A stretch of 64,000 nt of DNA. Origin: Candidatus Xenobia bacterium (GTDB taxonomy: Bacteria; Vulcanimicrobiota; Xenobia; Xenobiales; QWHO01). The translations under genes and the position numbers were made by a program. Below the pieces are notes generated by a model. That model saw only the letters and a program-made list of their open reading frames with translations, had not been told where the DNA came from and made no database searches. Position 1 is the stretch's first letter, and every line of letters starts with the position of its first letter. Location of the stretch: assembly GCA_045863235.1 (NCBI GenBank), contig BTUM01000038.1, positions 1-64,000 on the forward strand, written 5' to 3'. Below, piece by piece: positions 1-8,482 of the stretch.

Positions 1-39
1 ATCAGGGTTCCAGCGCACGGGCTTGACACGCATCAGAAA

Positions 40-55
40 TGCTCATTACGAGTGA
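40..55. repeat. att core, left copy
   Basis: 16/16 identity to 14289-14304; spans the 7-nt anticodon loop, a classic tyrosine-integrase crossover site. Confidence 0.85.
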
Positions 56-147
56 TTCTCAGGGCCGTGGAAGGGCGTAGAAGGTTCTCCCGCTTTTTCC
101 CGTCCCGTCTAGGTTTCCGGCCTTCTGGCTTGAACTATTTTCCCGGC

Positions 148-209
148 TTTTGCGGCCCTTTTTCCCCCTGTCGGGCCGCAAATTTGGCGCAACGCGTGGT
201 TAAGCCATT
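148..209. promoter_or_regulatory. Putative integrase arm-type / accessory binding sites, left arm
   Basis: TTTTGCGGCCC (148-158, inverted), GGGCCGCAAAT (173-183) and GGTTAAGCCATT (198-209); the same motifs recur at 14146-14188. Confidence 0.65.
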
Positions 210-214
210 TCTGG

Positions 215-1387
215 CTAGACGGCTCGCAAACCGAGGCGCTCAGCCATTTTCTCAGCCGCCGTCTTCTGCTCGTCCTGGACAAGCTGGACGTAGGTGTCCA
301 TGGTGAAGGCCGTGCTGGCGTGGCCGAGGCGGTCCGCCACGACCTTCACGTTCTCGCCCTGGGCCAAGAGCTGGGTGGCATGACTGTGGCGCAGGTCATA
401 AACCCGCGTGGTAGCCGGGAGCCCGGCCCTCTGGATCAGGGGCTTGAAGTAGCGGTTCACAATGTTGGAGTGGGTCATGGGCTCGCCCTTCTGGCCGGCG
501 AACACGAAGCCGTGGTCAGCATACTCCTCGCCGAAGAAGGCCTTCTCCTCATCCTGCCGGGCCTGGTGGCCGCGCAGGAGGGCGAGAACGGGAATCTTGG
601 GCACGGGGATGGTTCGGCGGGAGCGGGCCGTCTTTGGGGCCTCCAGGCGCCAGGGGGGGCCGTTCCCGGCCTTCCTGGCTCGAACCAGGACCTCTTCCAC
701 CCGGATGGATGCATGGTCCCAGAGCACGTTCTGCCACCGCAGGCCGAGCAGTTCTTCGGGGCGGCAACCAGTGAACACCAGGGCGAACCAGAGGGCTGCC
801 CACCTGTCCTCACGCGCTGCACCCAGGAAGGCCTCGAGCTGCTCGAGCGTGAGGGCCCGAATCACCGGCTTGCGGCGGGCGGTTGGGAGCTCCACGTCTG
901 AAGTAGGGGCATAGGCCAGTTCTCGCCACTTGCAAGCCTGCGTGAGGGCACTGTGCAGGATGACGTGCAGGCGCCTGACCGTGCCCGGAAGCAGGGGGCG
1001 GCCGGTCAGTTCGCCGGAGAGCATCTTCAGGTAGAGTTCTTGGAGCATCATCGGTGTGAGCCGCTTCAGGCTGACGCCGCCAAGATGAGGGATGATGTAG
1101 CGCCGCAGGGTTTCGGCATAATCCTCAGCCGTGCGGACCGACACCCGGGGCCTGGCCGCGACCTCCAGCCACTTCTCCAGGTAGGCTGCCAGCGTGGTTT
1201 TCGTGGGCTTCACGACCCGACCTGTTTCAAACTCCTGCAGTATCTGCCGCAACCGCGTTTCGGCGCCTTCTTTGGTGCCGTGGAACGTCTCGGATGACCG
1301 CTCCCGCCGGCCTGTCAGGGGGTCCCGTCCAAGGTCCCACCGGAGTTCATAGCTGCCGTTTCCCCGCCTTCTGACGCGCCCTTTCAT
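215..1387 (-). CDS. int: Tyrosine integrase (phage/ICE type with N-terminal arm-binding and SAM-like domains), ~390 aa
   Basis: Motifs TGCRPEELLGL, APKT, YDLRHSHAT, LGHAS, MDTYV. Start taken as ATG 1387 (MKGRVRRRG), overlapping the upstream stop (ATGA). Confidence 0.93.
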   Translation of the reverse strand: MKGRVRRRGNGSYELRWDLGRDPLTGRRERSSETFHGTKEGAETRLRQILQEFETGRVVKPTKTTLAAYLEKWLEVAARPRVSVRTAEDYAETLRRYIIPHLGGVSLKRLTPMMLQELYLKMLSGELTGRPLLPGTVRRLHVILHSALTQACKWRELAYAPTSDVELPTARRKPVIRALTLEQLEAFLGAAREDRWAALWFALVFTGCRPEELLGLRWQNVLWDHASIRVEEVLVRARKAGNGPPWRLEAPKTARSRRTIPVPKIPVLALLRGHQARQDEEKAFFGEEYADHGFVFAGQKGEPMTHSNIVNRYFKPLIQRAGLPATTRVYDLRHSHATQLLAQGENVKVVADRLGHASTAFTMDTYVQLVQDEQKTAAEKMAERLGLRAV

Positions 1388-2064
1388 CGTTGAGCCTCCT
1401 TCTTCCGATTTTTGAACGCCCCGACCCTGCAGCGACCGCTGCAGTAGAGCTTGCCCTTCCCCTCTGCCTTCGGTGGTATCTCGAAAGCCCCGCCGCAGTA
1501 GGTGCACGTCCCGAAACCCCGGTTCTCCGTGATCGCATCGAGGAGCTGGAGCCACAGTTCCCCCCGCAGGTTGTTTGCCGCGAAACTCCGGCGCCAACCC
1601 TGCCCCGTCCACTCGAGCGTCATCCCGACATGGTTGCGGATTCGGGCATTCACGACCTCAGCCAGGGCCGGCTTTTCCTCCGAATCGCCGCTGCTGAGTG
1701 TCGCCAGGGCTGCTCGCATGTCGTTTATCTCCGCCGGCCAATCAAGGTGCGTGGCTTCCCGCTGGAGCAGGCATCCGCTTTCGTCTTGCAGGTGCCCGAG
1801 CAGACCGTAGCGATTCGCGAAGGCGAGATAGGCCTCATTCGCTTCACGCTGGCCGACTTCCGGCCAGACCGGCAACCGCGAGAACTCGAGATAGGTGCCC
1901 GGCGGTATGGCCACCTGTTGACCCCGCTCCCGGCCATCACGCGGGACGAGGAACGCCGCCTCGGTAACGGCCGGCATATCAGTGTCAGGGATGAGCTTGT
2001 AGCCGCTCGCCGGCCGCCCCCAAACGAAGCGGGGCTCCCCCGCTGTGGAAATGCTCCTAGTCAA
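1384..2064 (-). CDS. CGNR-type zinc-finger protein, putative regulator
   Basis: C-terminal CxxC...YCSxxCR followed by a basic tail (CTYCGGAF...LYCSGRCRVGAFKNRKK); TTG start with AGGAG RBS; coupled to int. Confidence 0.65.
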   Translation of the reverse strand: MTRSISTAGEPRFVWGRPASGYKLIPDTDMPAVTEAAFLVPRDGRERGQQVAIPPGTYLEFSRLPVWPEVGQREANEAYLAFANRYGLLGHLQDESGCLLQREATHLDWPAEINDMRAALATLSSGDSEEKPALAEVVNARIRNHVGMTLEWTGQGWRRSFAANNLRGELWLQLLDAITENRGFGTCTYCGGAFEIPPKAEGKGKLYCSGRCRVGAFKNRKKEAQR

Positions 2065-2191
2065 TTTGTCCTACTCCTTCCTGGTATTTTCGTTTGTAAC
2101 GGACAAGTAACGTATATCCGTTCTTGACCACTACGGGAAAGTCCTCTATGCTTGTTTCGGAAGCTGAAAAAAACTCAAACGGAGGATAGAG

Positions 2192-2407
2192 ATGATGATG
2201 ACACAGCAAGCCCCCATGCGGCCTCTGGTGCGCGTCCGGGAGGCGGCCGCTCTGTTGGGCGAATGCCAAAAGACGACCTACGAGCGGGTGTGGCGAGGCG
2301 AGTTCCCTGCGGGCGTCGTGATCAGGCTCGGGCGGCAAATCCGGTTCGACCCTGAGCGCCTGGCCGCGTGGCTGGCCGCCGGTGGCACCGCCAGCCGGCA
2401 GGTGTAG
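2192..2407 (+). CDS. Excisionase / AlpA-like HTH DNA-binding protein
   Basis: LVRVREAAALLG..KTTYERVWRGEFP..IRLGRQIRF pattern; GGAGG RBS; divergent from int. Confidence 0.85.
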   Translation: MMMTQQAPMRPLVRVREAAALLGECQKTTYERVWRGEFPAGVVIRLGRQIRFDPERLAAWLAAGGTASRQV

Positions 2408-2408
2408 C

Positions 2409-3122
2409 ATGAGGCCAGATATGACGCCGCCCCCGGGGTCTGACGGGCCCGGGGGCGGTAGAGGAGACTCTACCGCCAGTATAGCATTCCTGCGCTGGCT
2501 CTGGCAACCCGGCGAGGTGCGAGAGCTGCGGACCCTGGGCGACTGCCCGCCCTGCACCGGCTACTTTGATGGCCCCGAGGGGCTCCTGGCTGCAGCCCTG
2601 GCCGCCGGCCGTAACCCGGCCGTCAGAGGCGTCTACCTCAGCCTCAACCCGGTGCTGCCCGAGCTGATGGGGCGGGCCGCCAACCGCTTGCGCCAGGCCA
2701 GCCGGGGCGAATCAACCAAGGACCATGAGATCGTCCGCCGCCGGGTGCTGCTGCTGGACGTGGATCCGGTCCGGCCCGCCGGCATCAACGCCTCGCACGC
2801 CGAGCACAAGGCCGCTCACGACCTGGCCGCCGTCATCCGGGAGGACCTGGCCGCCGCCGGCTGGAGCGAGCCGGCCGTGGTGGACACCGGCAACGGGGCC
2901 GCCCTGTGGTATCCGGTGGACCTGCCCGCCGAGGACGATGGGCTCCTGCACCGCTGCCTGCAGGCCCTGGCAGCCCGGTATGACACCGACACCGCCCGGG
3001 TGGACGTGGCCGTGGCCAACGCCTCCAGGATCGCCCGCCTGCCCGGCACCGCCAACCGCAAGGGCGACCACCTGCCCGACCGCCCGCAACGGCCCTGCCG
3101 GGCCCTGGAGGTGCCAACATGA
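2409..3122 (+). CDS. Archaeo-eukaryotic primase (RepB/Prim-Pol-like catalytic domain)
   Basis: LLLDVD (DxD motif), DTGNGAALW, RIARLPGTANRK. Start ATG 2409 (2421 also possible). Confidence 0.8.
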   Translation: MRPDMTPPPGSDGPGGGRGDSTASIAFLRWLWQPGEVRELRTLGDCPPCTGYFDGPEGLLAAALAAGRNPAVRGVYLSLNPVLPELMGRAANRLRQASRGESTKDHEIVRRRVLLLDVDPVRPAGINASHAEHKAAHDLAAVIREDLAAAGWSEPAVVDTGNGAALWYPVDLPAEDDGLLHRCLQALAARYDTDTARVDVAVANASRIARLPGTANRKGDHLPDRPQRPCRALEVPT

Positions 3123-4360
3123 GGCCCGTGCAGCGTGAGCTGCTCGAGGCCCTGGCCGGGCCCACCAAAGCCAAAGAGCAGGCCCTGGAAGGCAACAGCG
3201 AGGGCCTGGCCCGGGCGAGAGCCTACGCCGACCGGGTGGACGCTGCCCGGGCCGGTGATAGGAACAACGCCGCCTACCGCCTGGCAGCCAAGCTGGTGTG
3301 CGACTTTGACTTGCCGCCGGGAGAAGCGCTCGCAGTCCTGCGGGAGTGGGCCGCCCGGTGCTCTCCGCCGCTGGAGGAGGCCGAGCTGGCTGCCACCATC
3401 GAGCACGCGGCTCGCTATGCCGACGGAGAGCGAGGCAGCAAGCTGACTGCGGCATCGCCCGCTCGCCCCGAGCCTACCCGCCCCGAGCAAGCTGCTCGAG
3501 CGCCCTGGGTGCCCATGCCCGAGGTGCTGGCCGACCTGGCCGAGAGGTATCGCTCGGGCCGGGAGCGGGAGGGCTACGTCACGACCGGCCTACGGCTGCT
3601 GGATCAGGCCACAGGCGGGCTCGGGCCCGGGCAACTCGTCCTCCTCGGTGGCCGCCCCGGCGAAGGCAAGTCTGCTCTGGCGCTGGACATCGCTCGGCAC
3701 GTCTCCCGAGAGCACGGCCCGGTGCTGCTGCTATCGCTCGAGATGAGCCGGCTGGAGGTTGCCGGCCGGGTGGTGCAGCAACACACCCAGCTCGGTGCCG
3801 ATCACCTGGATGCTGGGCGGGTGGAGAGCGTGATCAGCGCCTACCCCCGGCTCTGCATCGCTGACGAGGGCTCGAGCCTGGATGAGGTGCTCTCGCTGGC
3901 CGACAGCTTCCGGCGAGCACACCCTGACGCCGCCCTCATCATCATCGACTATCTAGGGCTCATCTCGCCCCGCAACGGCCCGCAGAGCCCGTATGAGCGG
4001 GTTTCGGCAGTCGTGCGAGCCCTCAAGACCCTGGCCCAGAGTCTGCACCTGCCGGTGATCGCCCTGGTGCAGCTCCGCCGCCCGCCCAAGGGCAAGCAGG
4101 ATGAGCCGCCCGACCTGACCGACATGCGGGACTCTGGCGAACTGGAGCAAGCCGCCAACAAGGTGCTACTGCTGCATTATCGTGGCGCCGCCACCCAGGG
4201 GCCCCGGACTGTCAGGCTGCTACTGGCCAAAAACCGCGAAGGCGGCAAAGCCAGTATTGACCTGCATTTCCAGCCGGCGACCGTCTCGATGCACACCATC
4301 GAGCCCCGGCCCGAGCCCCGCTCTGGGCTCGATCCTCCGTATGAGGAGCTGCTACTGTGA
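3119..4360 (+). CDS. PriCT-like domain fused to DnaB-family replicative helicase
   Basis: N-terminal GDRNNAAYRLA...W...CSPPLEEAELAATIEHA (PriCT-like); Walker A GGRPGEGKS, SLEMS, IIDYLGLI, DMRDSGELEQAAN, LAKNREG. Confidence 0.88.
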   Translation: MRPVQRELLEALAGPTKAKEQALEGNSEGLARARAYADRVDAARAGDRNNAAYRLAAKLVCDFDLPPGEALAVLREWAARCSPPLEEAELAATIEHAARYADGERGSKLTAASPARPEPTRPEQAARAPWVPMPEVLADLAERYRSGREREGYVTTGLRLLDQATGGLGPGQLVLLGGRPGEGKSALALDIARHVSREHGPVLLLSLEMSRLEVAGRVVQQHTQLGADHLDAGRVESVISAYPRLCIADEGSSLDEVLSLADSFRRAHPDAALIIIDYLGLISPRNGPQSPYERVSAVVRALKTLAQSLHLPVIALVQLRRPPKGKQDEPPDLTDMRDSGELEQAANKVLLLHYRGAATQGPRTVRLLLAKNREGGKASIDLHFQPATVSMHTIEPRPEPRSGLDPPYEELLL

Positions 4361-5004
4361 GCCGCCGGCCGAATACGGGGCCATTCTCACGGGTCCCGAA
4401 CCCGCTGGCCGAGGCACTGGCAAGGACCGACCTTTCGAGCCGCGAGCACCGCGTGGTGTGGGTATTTGTGCGGCAGATCCTGGGCTGGAAAGAGCGGCGC
4501 GAGACCAACCGCCTGGCCATCGGGCGGGGCGAGCTGGAGGCCCTGACGGGAATCCATCGAGCCGACCTGCGGACCACGGTAGGGCAGCTCCTGGAGCGGG
4601 GGATTCTCCGCCGAGCGGAAAGCCCGGGAAACGCAAAAAATGCACCCCCAACCGAGTACATTTTTGTGACCAATCCAAAGCACTGGAAGGGCCTGGTTAA
4701 GCCGGAACGCGCGCAGGGAGGTGGAGGCCACCCCACCTCCACCCCCCTGGAGGCCACCCCACCTCCTGGAGGCCACCCCACCTCCACCCCTGGAGGCCAC
4801 CCCACCTCCACCCCCCTGCCGAAAAACGGCGCAACCACGCGCCGCGCTCGAGGCCCCTTAGAAACCTTAAAGAAAGGTGTACTCGAACCCGATACCCCCA
4901 ACGCTGGCAGCACCCCTGGAGGTGTGCTGCCGCAGGGACGTGCTGGTAGTACCGACTGGCCCACCCTGCGCCGTCCCACCACCGACGAGGAGGAGATTGT
5001 ATGA
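4357..5004 (+). CDS. Lambda O-like replication initiator (N-terminal winged HTH) containing iterons
   Basis: FSRVPNPLAEALARTDLSSREHRVVWVFVRQILGW resembles the phage replication protein O N-terminus; intragenic direct repeats. Confidence 0.75.
   Translation: MSRRPNTGPFSRVPNPLAEALARTDLSSREHRVVWVFVRQILGWKERRETNRLAIGRGELEALTGIHRADLRTTVGQLLERGILRRAESPGNAKNAPPTEYIFVTNPKHWKGLVKPERAQGGGGHPTSTPLEATPPPGGHPTSTPGGHPTSTPLPKNGATTRRARGPLETLKKGVLEPDTPNAGSTPGGVLPQGRAGSTDWPTLRRPTTDEEEIV
4722..4809 (+). repeat. Four iterons TGGAGGCCACCCCACCTCC (putative replication origin)
   Basis: Exact 19-bp copies at 4722, 4748, 4767 and 4791, followed by an A-rich tract at ~4857-4875. Confidence 0.85.
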
Positions 5005-5708
5005 CCGCCACCGCCACTCCAAGCCGCCTTCTTCAAAATGAAGGCGTCGTTACTATCTTGCGTTCAGCACTGGGGGAAGCCGATGGATTGGCTAACATCC
5101 CTGGGCTCCTGAAGCGCACCATCGTAAACGAATGCTGGCGCATTCGGCAGTGTGACATTTCAGGCCGAATCTACGAGTTCCGCACCTTCGAGGAGTTCGT
5201 AGATGCTCTGCCGCTCGAGGGCCTGGGCTCATCCATGGCCCAGCTCCGCGACCTATGCCGACGGGACCCCGAGGCCCTCGACCTGCTCGACAAGGTGACG
5301 CAACGGATTGGAGGGCGGCCAGCCAAAGAGGAGCCAACTGAGCCTTACGCAGAGGAAGCCGGGCCGAGAGAAACCTTTGACAGTGTCAAAGGTTTCCCGG
5401 AGGTTGCCCCCGTCGCCCTGGCTCCGACCGGCAACTCCTGCGCTGCCGCCCTGCGCCGGCTGCGCAAGGACCGGCCCGACCTGCACGCGGAGGTGCTGGC
5501 TGGCAACAAGAGCCCACACGCTGCCATGGTGGAGGCCGGGTTCCGCCGGAAGAGCATCAGCCTGCCCCGCGACCCGGAGCGCATGGCGCAGGCTATCGAG
5601 CGCGTGTTCAGCCTGGAGGACATGAAGTGTCTCGTCGATTCTTTGGTTGACGCGATACGCAAGAGATGCGGGGAGCCGGTGAACCCTGGAGGCATGGGCC
5701 ATGGGTAG
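5001..5708 (+). CDS. Phage-type putative DNA-binding protein
   Basis: Coupled ATGA start; GNSxAAALRRLRKDRPDLHAEVLAG..S.HAAMVEAG resembles a motif of phage/satellite DNA-binding proteins. Confidence 0.65.
   Translation: MTATATPSRLLQNEGVVTILRSALGEADGLANIPGLLKRTIVNECWRIRQCDISGRIYEFRTFEEFVDALPLEGLGSSMAQLRDLCRRDPEALDLLDKVTQRIGGRPAKEEPTEPYAEEAGPRETFDSVKGFPEVAPVALAPTGNSCAAALRRLRKDRPDLHAEVLAGNKSPHAAMVEAGFRRKSISLPRDPERMAQAIERVFSLEDMKCLVDSLVDAIRKRCGEPVNPGGMGHG
5370..5396. repeat. Perfect palindrome GAAACCTTTGACA-G-TGTCAAAGGTTTC (putative operator)
   Basis: 13-bp arms, 1-nt centre, AT-rich within a GC-rich ORF. Confidence 0.7.
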
Positions 5709-5982
5709 CCGCCCGCCGCGCCGCCGCAGAGGGCCCTGGCAGCCACTGTGGGAGCCGCTGCCTACCGGGCCAGCCGAGGAGAGCCTGCGGCAGATCGCCA
5801 GCGAGGAGGGCGTCAGCAAGAATACTGTTGCGCGTGCGCTCTCCAGCGTTCATTTGTCCCAAAATGGGACAAATGAACACGACATCCCTGCGCCTGCTCC
5901 CAAGGTTGCAGCCCCGCCAAATTGCCACGGAAAACTTTCCCAAAACGTGACACAAATGGGCTCTCTGCAACGACACAGCTAA
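5701..5982 (+). CDS. Small HTH protein
   Basis: SLRQIASEEGVSKNTVARAL helix-turn-helix. Confidence 0.6.
   Translation: MGSRPPRRRRGPWQPLWEPLPTGPAEESLRQIASEEGVSKNTVARALSSVHLSQNGTNEHDIPAPAPKVAAPPNCHGKLSQNVTQMGSLQRHS
5848..5878. repeat. Perfect palindrome GTTCATTTGTCCCA-AAA-TGGGACAAATGAAC (putative operator)
   Basis: 14-bp arms, 3-nt loop, immediately after the HTH-coding segment. Confidence 0.7.
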
Positions 5983-6007
5983 CGATTCGTGTTATATTGG
6001 AGGTGCA

Positions 6008-6244
6008 ATGAAAGTCTCTCAACCTCGCCGGAAACCCACGAAAACCTGGTGCTCTCTGCGCATCGAGCCCGCCCAAGATGAGGCAATCTCTGCCCTGGCT
6101 GCGGACCTCGGTGTGACGGAGAGCGAGGCTGCCAGGAGAGCTCTGGCCGCCGGACTGGCCCTGTTGTACACGGATAGAAGCAATACCCAAGAATGGGCCC
6201 ACAGTATCATCCGCACCCTGGAGAAAGCCTGGAAACCCGCATGA
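6008..6244 (+). CDS. Small ribbon-helix-helix/CopG-like protein
   Basis: SLRIEPAQDEAISALAADLGVTESEAARRAL pattern; GGAGG RBS; TGTTATATT extended -10-like motif just upstream. Confidence 0.6.
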   Translation: MKVSQPRRKPTKTWCSLRIEPAQDEAISALAADLGVTESEAARRALAAGLALLYTDRSNTQEWAHSIIRTLEKAWKPA

Positions 6245-7233
6245 ACACGAAAGACTTTCCCCCTGTGCCCCTGGAGAAGAGCGCCGCTCTGGACGAGAAG
6301 GCACGCACCGTGCAGGCCATCGTTACCGCGTCGGTGCCTGATCGCGATGGCAGCATGATTCTGGCCACGGGGGTGGACCTGGAGGCCTACAAGCGTAACC
6401 CCGTGGTGCTGTGGCAGCATGACCGAGGCCTGGCTGCCGGCCCGGCGTCGGCTATCGGCCGCTGCCTGGAGATAGGGTTGACTGCCGACAAGCGAGCTGT
6501 GTCGGCCCTCATCAAGTTCGCCGAGGGAACCGCTCGAGCCGATGAATGCTGGTCCCTGGTCAAGAACGGCTACCTGACCGCGTTCTCTATCGGGGCCATC
6601 TTGCGCTCGCAGGTCACCCGCTGGGCGCCGCGACGAGAGCTGGATGCGCTGCCCGCCTACGCCCGCGAGGCCCTGACGGCCGGGGCCGTGGACTCCGTGA
6701 TCACCGGGGCCGAGCTGGTGGAGGTGTCGCTGTGTCTGGTGGGCTCCTGCCCGGCCGCTACCATCGCAGGTGGCCCGCTGACGGCTCGAGCTGCCACCGC
6801 CAAGCCCCTGGCTGCCCCCCGCAAGACTGCCCCGCCCGTGGCCGCCAGCACCGTGGCCAGCGACCGCGAGCACCTGCAGGCCATCGGTGCCGCTCTGGGC
6901 GAGCACCTGCAGGCCGACTACCACGCTCGGCGGCCCCGCCTCGGCCAACGAGAGGCCCTGGCTGCCTGCCGCCGGGACCTGGCCGTGGATCCAGAGCCCC
7001 TGATCGCCAGGGCCCTGGCCGGCCCGCCCCGCCAGCGCTTCTGGAACCCGCTCGAGCCACGGCAGAAGCCGCCGAGCGGCATCGCCGCCGACGAGAAGGT
7101 GCTGCGTGCTATCGGCTCGCGCCTGGCCTCCGAGCTCGAGCAGGCCTACGCCGGCTTCGACCGGCGACTTGACTTAACCCTGGCGGCCCTCCAGGCCGCA
7201 CCCCGCCGCTTTACCGAGCGAGCACTACGATAG
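6241..7233 (+). CDS. HK97-family prohead protease with long C-terminal extension
   Basis: DRDG, YKRNPVVLWQHD (His), AFSIG (Ser), ELVEVSL (Glu); ATG 6241 overlaps the previous stop. Confidence 0.85.
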   Translation: MNTKDFPPVPLEKSAALDEKARTVQAIVTASVPDRDGSMILATGVDLEAYKRNPVVLWQHDRGLAAGPASAIGRCLEIGLTADKRAVSALIKFAEGTARADECWSLVKNGYLTAFSIGAILRSQVTRWAPRRELDALPAYAREALTAGAVDSVITGAELVEVSLCLVGSCPAATIAGGPLTARAATAKPLAAPRKTAPPVAASTVASDREHLQAIGAALGEHLQADYHARRPRLGQREALAACRRDLAVDPEPLIARALAGPPRQRFWNPLEPRQKPPSGIAADEKVLRAIGSRLASELEQAYAGFDRRLDLTLAALQAAPRRFTERALR

Positions 7234-7247
7234 GAGAGTTACGTCCC

Positions 7248-7787
7248 GTGCTGAAAAACCTACTCAAACCCAAGTCCAAAGCCGAAATCACCGCCCTCGA
7301 GGAGCGAGCCGCCATACTGCGAGCCGAGCTGAACGAGGTGACCGAGAACAAGGCCGCCTCTGTGGCCGCCCTGGAGGAGCTGCAGGCCCGCGAGCAGGCC
7401 GCCCGCCGCCAGGCTCAGGCCCTGCGCCAGGAGGCCGGCCTGGCCGTCTGGGCCGCTCGGCTGCCCGACCTGCACGGCCCGGAGGAGGCCATGGCGGAGT
7501 GGGCTCGCCGCCTCGATGAGGCTATCCTGGCCCTGGTGCCGCTGGTCCAGGAGGGCCTGCAGCACCGCCGGGCCCTGGCCGAGGTGCATCGCGCCCTGGG
7601 CGAAGTGCGCCAGGAGTGGGGCCTCGATACCGAAGTGCCGCCGGCCAGCGTGCCTGCCGGCCTTGAGGTGGCCGCCTGGATGCCGGACGGGAACCCGATC
7701 CTGTCGGGAGGCCTGCCCGACCTGGTGGCCAGCCGGGTGCGCCGCCTGCGGCTGGATGGCCGCTGGCCCGGTGGAGGTGCGCTGTGA
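7248..7787 (+). CDS. Hypothetical coiled-coil protein
   Basis: GTG start with GGAG RBS; Ala/Glu/Leu heptad-rich; coupled to the next ORF. Confidence 0.65.
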   Translation: MLKNLLKPKSKAEITALEERAAILRAELNEVTENKAASVAALEELQAREQAARRQAQALRQEAGLAVWAARLPDLHGPEEAMAEWARRLDEAILALVPLVQEGLQHRRALAEVHRALGEVRQEWGLDTEVPPASVPAGLEVAAWMPDGNPILSGGLPDLVASRVRRLRLDGRWPGGGAL

Positions 7788-8287
7788 GCCCCGTGCGCCA
7801 CCAGGACCGATACGGCTCGAGCCCGCTCCCGTTCGAGGAGGCCATCGCCGACGACTTGACTACTCTGGTGGCCCGCACCCGCGAGCAGGTGGCCGAGCGC
7901 CGCGCAGAGCAGGAGCAGGCTCGCCTGGCTCGCTATGCCAGCCGCTCTGAGCATGTTCGGCGACTGACCGACCTGGCCACCGTGCTGGGCTCGACCGCCA
8001 GGCACTTGCACGCCGTCTACGTCCTGCGAGCCATGGGTGTCGGCTGTGGCTACAGCCAAGACATGGCCCGTGACCATGCCGGCGAGCTGACCGGCGTGGT
8101 TGTCAAGGTGGGCCACGAGTTCGAGGCGAGCCAGGGCGAGGAGTGTCGCCTGACGTGGGACGGCTCCTCTTACTGCCTGGACGGCCAGGCCCTGGGGACA
8201 GACGACCCGGAGGCCGTGATCGCCCCGCTGGCCGCGCAGGTGGCCGAGATGGCCAAGGCCTACGCCTCACGGCGGCTGAACCAGTGA
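7784..8287 (+). CDS. Hypothetical protein
   Basis: GTGA overlap with the upstream stop, GGAGG RBS, GC3-biased codons. Confidence 0.6.
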   Translation: MSPVRHQDRYGSSPLPFEEAIADDLTTLVARTREQVAERRAEQEQARLARYASRSEHVRRLTDLATVLGSTARHLHAVYVLRAMGVGCGYSQDMARDHAGELTGVVVKVGHEFEASQGEECRLTWDGSSYCLDGQALGTDDPEAVIAPLAAQVAEMAKAYASRRLNQ

Positions 8288-8481
8288 CCCCCGGCCCGCT
8301 CGAGCAGGCCCGCGCCATCCTGGCCCGCTGGGCTCACCAGCAGGCTCTACTGTTGGCCGCTGACCAGCAGGCCTACATGGCCAGCGGGCAGGTGAGCCAG
8401 GCTGGCATCGCCGACCTGGCCCGCCGCCGCGACTCGATTGCGAGGCTACTGCCAGACAAGCTACTACTACAGGAGGATTGA
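8284..8481 (+). CDS. Small hypothetical protein
   Basis: GTG 8284 overlaps the previous stop; fills the gap to the next RBS. Confidence 0.5.
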   Translation: MTPGPLEQARAILARWAHQQALLLAADQQAYMASGQVSQAGIADLARRRDSIARLLPDKLLLQED

Positions 8482-8482
8482 T

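Noticed and set aside
215..1612. 465-aa integrase as called in the ORF track
   Set aside because: The first 75 codons overlap the CGNR gene in another frame; ATG 1387 with GGAGG RBS and ATGA coupling is the better start.
4722..4809. Direct repeats as a CRISPR array
   Set aside because: Spacers are only 0-7 nt, the repeats lie inside an initiator ORF and no cas genes are present; they fit iterons.
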